From Geosiphon pyriformis uo1 (Eukaryota > Fungi > Glomeromycota), in contig JAAOMT010000129.1 of assembly GCA_016748015.1 (NCBI GenBank), positions 995,965 to 1,059,964 of the forward strand: a stretch of 64,000 bases of DNA. The letters are read 5' to 3'. The notes under the pieces were generated by a model, which was not told where the DNA came from, searched no databases, and worked only from the letters and a program-made list of their open reading frames with translations. Shown here in pieces: positions 52,550 to 64,000 of this stretch (position 1 is the first letter of the stretch; each line of letters opens with the position of its first letter). Both the position numbers and the translations under genes were made by a program.

Positions 52550-53080
52550 AAGTTAAAAATGAAACAGGTAAACCCAGATCTAGACATTCATAACTTTTAA
52601 CTAGATATAATGACCAATTTTTTCGTTCTACTTCAGAATGTTAAAAAGTAGTAGAAATTCAACACAATTTAAAATTGACAATAATATTAATGTTAGTGTC
52701 TTACAACCGAGGGTAAAAATTTGTTGAAATTGGGGATTGTTTTACGGTACAACCCATGTCACATTTTAATGGCGGAGGGTATAGAAAAATGATTATTATG
52801 AATGATTTCATTGGAATCTTAAACCCGTTAGATTTTGGGTACCCAAACCTTACCAAAGAAATGGCTTGGGGACAATAATATTTAGGTTCTTAATTAACCC
52901 CCGTTTAACACTTGTGGGATGAGGTTGATCGACATAGTCGTCATCTATTTCAGTAAAGAAAAAAAAAAAAAAAAAAGTCAATACATTCTGAATAATATCG
53001 AAATCGAAAAATTATTGAATCTATCCCGAATAGAATAGCGGATCTTATAAAAGATAAAAGTGGACACAGAAGGTCATATC
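52550..53080 (+). pseudogene. Tc1/mariner (DDE_3) transposase remnant
   Basis: KKWLGDNNI*VLN*PP..., HLWDEVDR and IIESIPNRIADLIKDKSGH match Tc1 C-terminal motifs (WPxQSPDLNPIEHLW; LIESMPxRIxAVIKAKGG). Confidence 0.65.
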
Positions 53081-53149
53081 TGCATGCATATTCGTGAATA
53101 AGTAGAATAAATGTCATATTAATTACAATTGTAAATCATTGACAAAAGA

Positions 53150-53184
<35 letters not shown>

Positions 53185-53597
53185 TATATTTAATTTTAAA
53201 TGACTTTTTTGCGAGCCACGGTAATTAATCTAATATTAAATAATATATATTACAATTAAGTAATTATAATCAATAAATATTTGAAAAATAATAATTAATA
53301 ATTAATTTCAAATATAATAATAATTTTTGTTAAAATCAAAATTTAATTAAAAAATTGTAATCATTTAATTCAAAGTATTTTTTTTTTAATTAATTTCTTT
53401 GAACTATAATTTAGACATAAAATTTTATTCTACTCTTGATTTCAAAATTAATTTGGTATTTTGCAATTGCTAATATAAGAGTTTAGAAATAATATCACTA
53501 TAAAAAATAGATGTGTCAAAATTTCTTTATAATAACTTTGAGAGATATAAATTTTATACTTATTCAACCATCAATATTTAAAAAAATGTAACCAAAT

Positions 53598-55370
53598 CTA
53601 TAATTTTGAAAATGCACATTTGCCCATAGTGGTTCCAAAATAAGGACCATTATGCGGTGAGGTATCTTCTTTGTTCTTTCGCCGTGAATTAATGCATTCC
53701 TAATAAATTTTTTATTTTTATCAAATTCAAATTAAAAGATTTTCAATTAGTTGAAGCAGTAAAATTACTTGATTCTCGCCACCATTAACATTAGAACATT
53801 GAAAGATCCAATCGTCACGTTGACTGATCCAATATTCTTCCTGAGTATGAAGGTAGCTATCAGCATCGGGATAGAGGGGTACGTAATCTTTCTTGTACGT
53901 AATACGATAGATCTGTAAGCCCGACCTAAGACTGTCCACGTAATTCGCGAATTCAGTGTTTCCTATTCGAGGTTGTCCGTATGTATAAACTTTGATTGGA
54001 TTTGTTCCAACCTTTTGCCGAATATCTAATGCTGCCAGAACTGCGTATGCTAAAAGATTTTACCAAATAATAATAATAATAATAATAATAATAATTTCAA
54101 TATCAGATCCAAATAACAAATAAATGAATTGATTTTTACCAAATTCAAAAATGTGAAAAGGTACAAATCTTTTAGACTTACCTCCACCTAAACCAACTCC
54201 AGTTACTATTATTTCAAAATTTTGATGATCCGGTTGGCTTATTATTTCTTGAGCATTCTTCACAATCTGAGACTGAGCTAACAAATATGATTGATATATT
54301 CCACCATGAATCATTACATTTGCATTCATGCTATCCTCAAATGCAACCAACGCGTTATCCTCGAATGGCCAGTCTTGTATGGTTCTCAACTGTTTTGAAC
54401 GAGCAAGACTAACGATCACCTGGCGATTTGATACAAGGACCATAAAAAATCCTAAAATATGGTTCATTATTTTGCTTAATCAATGATCAAATATTTAAAA
54501 TTTAACTAATTCTTAAGAAATTCCGAAAATATATCAATCACAACCTCGAATTTCGTCAGAAAAAGGTGCATCACCATACGTGCCACAAGAGGCTTCATTG
54601 GCCAAAAATGCATAATGTCTCAACTTTGTTAAAAATTGAGTTGAGGTGACACGCTTCCGACTGGGAGTTTCTTGAATTTCTTCATTCCCTCTATTGAAAA
54701 TCCCGTCAAAAACTTTCTTTATGGGAACTCCTTTATTTAAGGCAATTCCTTTATTCTGCTCTCCCAAAGCCTCAAGAATTAATTGTTTCTCACTGTAAGG
54801 TTCAATCAAATCTGGATTAGTATTCCCCCCGACCAGACTAGCTGGTTCGACAGGAAGTTCAATGGCCTCTTGTTCGAGGGAAATATTTTTATAATTAGCG
54901 AATTCTGTAGATTGCTCTTTGTCATCAAGTTCCTTAGTATTATCGAAATAATTGGTTGTCGCGAGATCGAGATCGAGATCAGAAGGATTTTCCCCGGTTG
55001 GGAAATTCTCAAATGTTTCATTGTTGTAATTGGCCAGGAATGAATCAGATTTTTCTCTTAAAATATTTTCAAACTGATTTGAACCCTCAAGAGAAACATC
55101 TTCAGTATTACCAAATGATGGAAATTCATTAATTAAAGAACTTTGTCGTTTATTCTGTTCTAATGGTTTTGATTTCACCACTAGTGAATTAACAATCAGA
55201 AAGAAGAAAATGAAAATTATTAAATTCCAAATTTGAAATAAAATATTTTGATTTAATCCAAATGATTTTGGTATGATGATATTGATGATGATGTTGTTGT
55301 TGTTGTTGTGATTTTTCATATTTTTAGTTTGTATGAAAAAAGATTTTGTTGAAATTTTTTCAAGAAACAT
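53598..55370 (-). CDS. Secreted or membrane-anchored class-3 lipase-fold protein, catalytic Ser replaced (GVGLG); 4 exons; alternative start 55319
   Basis: Hydrophobic leader, KR site, acidic pro-region, FLANEASCGTYGD, MIHGGIY, IIVTGVGLGGAYAVLAALD, YTYGQPRIGN, DYVPLYP, YLHTQEEYWI, HNGPYFG. Confidence 0.88.
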
Positions 55371-56153
55371 ATCTATTGTAATAGGAGGAATAGATTTATA
55401 TAGTTGATATTTAAGTATGGTTTTATTATTTTTTTAACCTCTTTGAAAAAAAATAACAAAAAACAAATTTTGTACAATCAAAAAAGAAGATTTCTTCTAG
55501 AGCTCTTGAATTCATCCCATTTTTGATAACGAAAAATACCAAATAAAGTATGTTTTGAGAGTCAAGAGTAAGATTACTTTATTGGGTATATCTCGAATTA
55601 AATTGTGATCGATTCATTTGTTCCAGACAGGAAATGTTTTGTTAATGATGGTTTCGGGTTTTCTGATTATTTTTTCAACAAATACGAAATATCAGTCTTT
55701 TTTGAAATGTTTTTTTTTGAAGTTTGATCTTTAGGGGAAAAATTTTTCAAAGTTCCCACGGGGATGTTAAAAGATTAAACTGTGAAACTCTCACAGTCAG
55801 TTACCTTTTTTTGTATAAAGAAAAAAAATGCTGGATCCGAGTCAAACACAACATTAAGGAATTAAAGTTTTTCATGCAAAAAAGTCACGCATTTTAATGG
55901 AAAAAAAAGTTTTTGAGGCTTTGAATCGATTGACGAGACTAAAATTATCAAGTTTTATTTACAAAATCATAGAAATATGAACCTCGAGGATTTAAAAAAA
56001 ATTTAAAGTTTGTAACATTTGGTGCCATCCATCATTTCTGAATACAATAGGGGTAAAAATTTTCTAATTAAGTATTATAAAATAAAATTTCCAAAGTTAA
56101 AAAAATATTATGTATATATATATACATGATTTTTAATTTTAAAAATTTTCCCA

Positions 56154-57131
56154 TCAATCACAATCTTTCTTGAAACAAATTCCATAAGGACGAACGTCCT
56201 CATTATTTGGCGAAATCCAATATTCACCATTTAGAGTTTTTTCCGGAGAAATTCGAACAAATGTCTCGGGATTGACCCTATTTTGAATTACCATTCGATA
56301 ATTAACGCCCTCACATGAAAACCTTGTAGCATAGAAAGCGGCAACGTTAATATCAGGCGTAGAATATATGTCACGACCAAAGTGAAATCTTTCCCCTTTA
56401 CTCAACAAATATCCTTGCTCGGCAATAGAATTGGCGTTATGTTTCGCCGTCCCATGATATGAAACAGGCCATTCATTCACTATTCCCGTAGCTGTCAAGA
56501 ACATCGATGATCAATAGATGGCAAGTGTCTTTATTAATGATGCCAGTAGTCCAACAATTTTTGCTTGTCTTTGAGTTCTCTTCCATGATTCAAAAGGCGT
56601 TGTTGATTTGGAGGAATGTTTTGTTCTATTTCGATCGCTTTTTTTAGTTGCAAAACAGTGGCATTTGATAGGTCAACCGTTAGAGTGAGTATGTTTCCAT
56701 TTAAGGCTTTTATATATAAATAATCTGTTCCCTGTTTGTAGAAATGGGGAGATTTATTGGAATAGCAGGCATTCTTTTGGAAATTGATGATAAAGAATTT
56801 GTTTGATAAATAGGATTTTCATGAATATTTGAATTTATAGGAATTTTAGAAATCGAGGTAATTCTAGGGTAATTATAAAAAAATCAGGTTATCTAACAGT
56901 CGACTTGTCTTTTATTATTGGTCTTATGAACATATTATAGTCTTCAAAACTGTGAACTGAACCACCTGATAAACTTGAACGGTGCAAAGATTTTACATTA
57001 ACTTGTTGAATAGAATTTCTTTTTATTTCTTGCAAACTAAGTGTTTTTTTGACATCTCCTTTCGAAAGAAAAGTTTGTCCAAAGCTTGCTGAAAATCCGG
57101 GGACAACAAGTGCCGTACTTTGGGTAGACAT
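56154..57131 (-). pseudogene. Ubiquitin-like domain + PARP-like ADP-ribosyltransferase fusion, probably pseudogenised
   Basis: Ubl: LYIKALNGNILTLTV...TVLQLKKAIEIEQNIPPNQQRLL..GRELKDKQKLLDY (~56730-56545). ART: EWPVSYHGT, IYSTPD, QNRVNP, GEYW, DVRPYGI. Frameshifts and an apparent deletion lie at the junction (~56490-56550). Confidence 0.7.
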
Positions 57132-57182
57132 AATATCAATTGATCTTTCACCTTTTAGTTTAAGTTTTTGTAATGAATGAAA

Positions 57183-57229
<47 letters not shown>

Positions 57230-58201
57230 AAGTGGAAAAAATTATTTAGGAGGAATTTGAGAAAATAGTACATAACAAATTTTTAATCTTTTTTTATATC
57301 TACCCATGAGAGAATTGTAATATAATAATATGCACTCTATTAAAGCAATCTAATTTGGGTGCTAATTATCAAAAATCTCGAGCGTGTATAGAAATTTTGT
57401 GAAATGAAGTACAGATTAATTAAATTTTTTTTAGATGTACGCTATTTCCCACATATTTGGAAAAACCTTTTAAAATCTGTTTTTAAATTAATATATATCT
57501 GATAATTATGTACACATTTTCATTTACTAGGCTAAAGAAAAAAAATGAATGAATAAATGAATGAATGAATGAATGAAAAATATAAGGGAAACACGAAGAA
57601 AAAAAGTGAGAATTTTTTTTTAACGTGAGAAATTTTAATTGGCGTAGATATTAAATAATTAAAATAATTAAAAATTTATCCTTGTACGATATCACAGTAA
57701 TAATAATTAATAATATCAGAAAAAGTTATAGATTATCAAACATTAAAAAAATGAAAGTTTCAAGATCAATAAGTTTGGCTAAGGGGGGAAGGGGTTTTTA
57801 TTATTAATTGAAATCATCATAAAAAAAGAAAATTTCTTATTATTATTATTATGACCAAAAATTTTTCTATTATTGTGACCAAAAATTAAATATTCCTTTA
57901 TTTCAGGATTAAAAAAAGTTCAGGATGAATATTAATAAAAATCTACATTGAAATCTTGAAGATATAAATTATTTATTTTTTATTTAAAAAGATTGATTAT
58001 TTACATAACCTAAAAATGTTTTAATTGTAAATTTTTAAAATAAACAAGAAAACTGAATTCTTTAAATGAAAATTTTTGGTTTCACCTTGATTATTCATGT
58101 GAAGAAGTTATACATTCAAATAATTTTTTTTTCTTAATTTTTTCTTGAATTGGTTCATTTTTTAGAAAAAAAGTTTCCTTTTTTTTTTTTTTTTTTTTTT
58201 A

Positions 58202-59137
58202 NNNNNNNNNNNNNNNNNNNNNNNNNNNNNNNNNNNNNNNNNNNNNNNNNNNNNNNNNNNNNNNNNNNNNNNNNNNNNNNNNNNNNNNNNNNNNNNNNNN
58301 NNNNNNNNNNNNNNNNNNNNNNNNNNNNNNNNNNNNNNNNNNNNNNNNNNNNNNNNNNNNNNNNNNNNNNNNNNNNNNNNNNNNNNNNNNNNNNNNNNNN
58401 NNNNNNNNNNNNNNNNNNNNNNNNNNNNNNNNNNNNNNNNNNNNNNNNNNNNNNNNNNNNNNNNNNNNNNNNNNNNNNNNNNNNNNNNNNNNNNNNNNNN
58501 NNNNNNNNNNNNNNNNNNNNNNNNNNNNNNNNNNNNNNNNNNNNNNNNNNNNNNNNNNNNNNNNNNNNNNNNNNNNNNNNNNNNNNNNNNNNNNNNNNNN
58601 NNNNNNNNNNNNNNNNNNNNNNNNNNNNNNNNNNNNNNNNNNNNNNNNNNNNNNNNNNNNNNNNNNNNNNNNNNNNNNNNNNNNNNNNNNNNNNNNNNNN
58701 NNNNNNNNNNNNNNNNNNNNNNNNNNNNNNNNNNNNNNNNNNNNNNNNNNNNNNNNNNNNNNNNNNNNNNNNNNNNNNNNNNNNNNNNNNNNNNNNNNNN
58801 NNNNNNNNNNNNNNNNNNNNNNNNNNNNNNNNNNNNNNNNNNNNNNNNNNNNNNNNNNNNNNNNNNNNNNNNNNNNNNNNNNNNNNNNNNNNNNNNNNNN
58901 NNNNNNNNNNNNNNNNNNNNNNNNNNNNNNNNNNNNNNNNNNNNNNNNNNNNNNNNNNNNNNNNNNNNNNNNNNNNNNNNNNNNNNNNNNNNNNNNNNNN
59001 NNNNNNNNNNNNNNNNNNNNNNNNNNNNNNNNNNNNNNNNNNNNNNNNNNNNNNNNNNNNNNNNNNNNNNNNNNNNNNNNNNNNNNNNNNNNNNNNNNNN
59101 NNNNNNNNNNNNNNNNNNNNNNNNNNNNNNNNNNNNN
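58202..59137. other. Assembly gap
   Basis: N run flanked by poly-T and poly-A. Confidence 0.99.
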
Positions 59138-59219
59138 AAAAAAAAAAAAAAAAAAGGTTAAATTTTTTTATTTTAATAAAAGCTAAAGTAAAATAAATTT
59201 TCATTAAATTTTGAACTCA

Positions 59220-60161
59220 CTGTTTCTTTGCTAAATAAATTATCAATATCACGTAAACAATTTGAAACCCAACCAATACTGTAATATGAACATAGATTTC
59301 TTTCAATTCATTCCGAAGTCCAACACACAATGAAAATGGTTTTATTCCTTGACAGAATTTCAGTTTCCATGTGTAAGTTGCGACTGGTTCTACCAATAGT
59401 ATCGTAGTTGTGAGAAGAAAGACTAATCCATGACTAATCGTTTTAGTCCATATCTTTAAAAAGAATTTAAAATTTATGATTGAATTTCAATAATAATTTA
59501 CATTACATTACATTACATTATATTACAAAAAAAAAAAAAAATCGAAATCAAAAAAAAGGGACCTGTAAAAATTTTACCCACAACGATAACAGCCGATAGA
59601 GCAAATGAAAAATCAATTATCGCATTTATAGAAAATACTTCTACTGCATCCTCGATAAAGTTCATACGAGAGAAAAAATAGAATAACTCGGCGCTAACGA
59701 ACGAAAGAAAGATTCCTTCTGGACAACATATGTATTTACATATTATTTTTAGTTGAACTAGTACTTCTCTTTTAAAATTACTATGAATAAACCGCATTTC
59801 AAATGGATGTGATTAAATTATGAATTTTAATTGTATAAAAATTTGAAAATTTAATAAGAGAAACAAAAATATCTAGGCCATTAAAAGTTTGAATAAAGTA
59901 GAAAATTTGTTCAATGAAAACTCGTCATTGACCATTAAAAAGCATATCACCCGTGATGCAGGTTATCAAATGTTTTCAAAACATTTTTTTTTGTTTTGTT
60001 TTGTTTTGTTTTGTTTTGTTTTGAAAGAGTTAAAATCGCAATTTACAAAATAAATGTACATATTTGGATGATGTTTCATAGTTAATTTTTTTAATGGGGC
60101 AATCGCGGATAATTTCAATCCGATGAAACTGAAAAAGTGATAAAGCAAAATATTTAATCAT
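59220..60161 (-). CDS. Possible small multi-pass membrane protein (3+ exons, 3' end may run into the gap)
   Basis: Open hydrophobic segments EGIFLSFVSAELFYFF...FSFALSAVIVVG and ISHGLVFLLTTTILLVEP...ITVLVGFQIVYVILIIYLAKK bounded by splice-like sites; phases not fully reconciled. Confidence 0.3.
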
Positions 60162-60460
60162 GGGGATTTGATTTTGGATAATTCTCAATGATGACGATAA
60201 GATGTGATGAGTCAAGTTTTAGGTTACGCGCGGGGGTGATAAATTAAAACCAGTATTTAAATTAAAATTTATTGAAATCCTTCTGTTTTTTAAGAAATAA
60301 GAAATAATTTTCTTTTATTTCAAAAACTGTTTTTGCCAATTTAGAAGCCAGAAATTTAAAATTTTCTATTTTTATTGATTGATTGATTGATTGATTTGAA
60401 AAGAAATGATTAACAGAGAATTTAAATTAATCATCATGATTACTAATCTGTTAATTCATG

Positions 60461-60502
<42 letters not shown>

Positions 60503-62242
60503 GTGAAAAATATTGATAGTTAAAGAAATTAAAGTTAGAAAAAAAGAAGACTATATGGTTGACCACGAAAGATATTCTAGGCTCGTTAGGAGCATTTCGT
60601 TTAATAATATTGACGCTATAAAAATTGGGATGGTAAATAAAAATTTCATTTAAACATTTTATTTAGAAAAATGTTTTTTTATAAAAAAATATATGTATAT
60701 GATTATTAATACTAAATTTTACCATAACAATAAATCTGAAGTTTTGATTTTAAGATATTCATTATTTGTAACTTCAATCACTTTGACAAAAAATTTATTA
60801 TTTAAAAAAAAAAAAGGTTAGATAAAATATTTTATATGTGTAAAGTAAAAATAACGTTGTCAAATGATGAATTAAATTGTGCTGTTATAAAATAACATCA
60901 GTTTTTATGACTTTGTGACATCATAAATTTGAAATAAATAACAATTTTAAATTCATCTTAATTCTTGATGTGAAATAAAATTATTGATTTGATTTGATTT
61001 GATTTGATTTGATTTGATTTGATTTAACATGATATTAGTTTTTTTTAAACCAGTATTTGAGGAATGTATTACTATTGATGTTAAAAGAAAAATTAAAAAT
61101 CATTTTTAAAAGAAAAACACTTTTTATGATTGTACTTTTCAGTGACGAACTCTTATTTTTTATTTGTTTCTACAGATAATCTTTATGATAAATTTTTTCA
61201 TATTCATATTCATATTCATATCCCACAATTCTTAAACTACAATTTTGTGACTTAAACAGTGAGTCATTGATGTAGTTTTCTTTTTCAAATTTTTCAAAAA
61301 TAGAAACAAAAAAAAGTACGTTATCCAGATTGAGTCCGAGTTCATGTTCTTTTTGTTAGCAATAAACAACAAATTATTATTATTATTATTATTGTTTTTT
61401 ATCAACAAGAATTTTTTTATACCGAATTTTCTGGTCATTGTCTAACACTTACAAAAATGTCACCAATGAAAAAGTGATCTGATCACGTTTTCAATTTAAA
61501 TTGTCTTAATAATTGTTACCGCATTTGGTTATTCTTAAAAAACGTCATTATTATATCATGAAGTAAGAAACAAGTTAGTCTGAGAATATTTAAATTCACA
61601 GAGAGATGAAACTCTGCTATTGTAATGATAATTGAGAACCTTTTGAAATTCCCAATAAAAAAAAAAATTGATTTATTCAATTAGGATTTTGATAATAAAT
61701 CATGAAAATAGCTTCTTTACATTTTGAATCAATTATAAAGTGGGCGTCATGTTTATGTAATGATTATGATTAAGAGATTAAAAGACTTGTAATGATAGCA
61801 TGTTGTTTCTTTATTTCCTTAATTGATTTTTATTTTTTTTAACCTTTGGGCAACACGTCTACGGGAAACAATCAAAAGTCTGTATCAATCAGGTTTATTA
61901 TTTAAAATTTGAGAAAATTTTTGTAGACTGAATTGAATGAATGATATCAAACTTGCGTTTCCTTGAGAGATTGTTGTCATTCTCTATGTCATCGTTACCC
62001 CCGGTCTACGTTATTTGATAGACTATTTGATTGATTCATTAAAAAGCCTTCCTTGATCAAAGTGAAATAAATACAAGCAAAGAAAATTTTCCCTCTCTTA
62101 TAAATAATCTTTATATTTCGCAAACTAATTATCCTTCTGGATTCTTTGTATATATCTCTTAAGAAAATTCTGATTTTCGTCTTTTTTCTTTCACCATTTG
62201 AAATAGACTAACCTAAAGAATCTATATATATATATACAAAAG

Positions 62243-63891
<1,649 letters not shown>

Positions 63892-64000
63892 TTGAGAGAA
63901 TAGGCAGAGGAGTATTTTAAATCGAACAAATCGTATTCTCAATTTTGGATTTTTTGGCAATCTGTATGTTTAATAATTGGCTCGCGTTGTTTGGTAAAAC

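Overview
AT-rich, intron-containing fungal genomic DNA. The gene content and retroelement style suggest Mucoromycota, probably Glomeromycotina such as Geosiphon (inference). Housekeeping or conserved genes: 3' end of Nup98-Nup96, a PTTG1IP-like PSI-domain membrane protein, a Ulp1/C48 protease, pyruvate kinase, a hypothetical membrane protein, GIR2/RWDD1, PRM1 and a tetraspanin. Pseudogenes: Mch1-like MFS transporter, Sel1-repeat protein, ubiquitin-like + ADP-ribosyltransferase fusion, and a Tc1 transposase remnant. Three paralogous secreted class-3 lipase-fold genes are intact and share an exon structure, yet all three have Gly in place of the catalytic Ser (GxGxG) and a remodelled oxyanion/lid segment, so they look like a conserved pseudo-lipase family. 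A full-length LINE (ORF1 with RRM+CCHC; ORF2 with EN-RT-RNaseH-zf) has been inactivated by point substitutions without any frameshift. An ORF1-only relative, several extremely AT-shifted fossils and three 60-110 bp mini-elements share the LINE's structured 3' end; one mini-element has a 10-bp TSD. Together these show a graded, RIP-like C-to-T decay that explains much of the AT-rich intergenic DNA. There are three assembly gaps.
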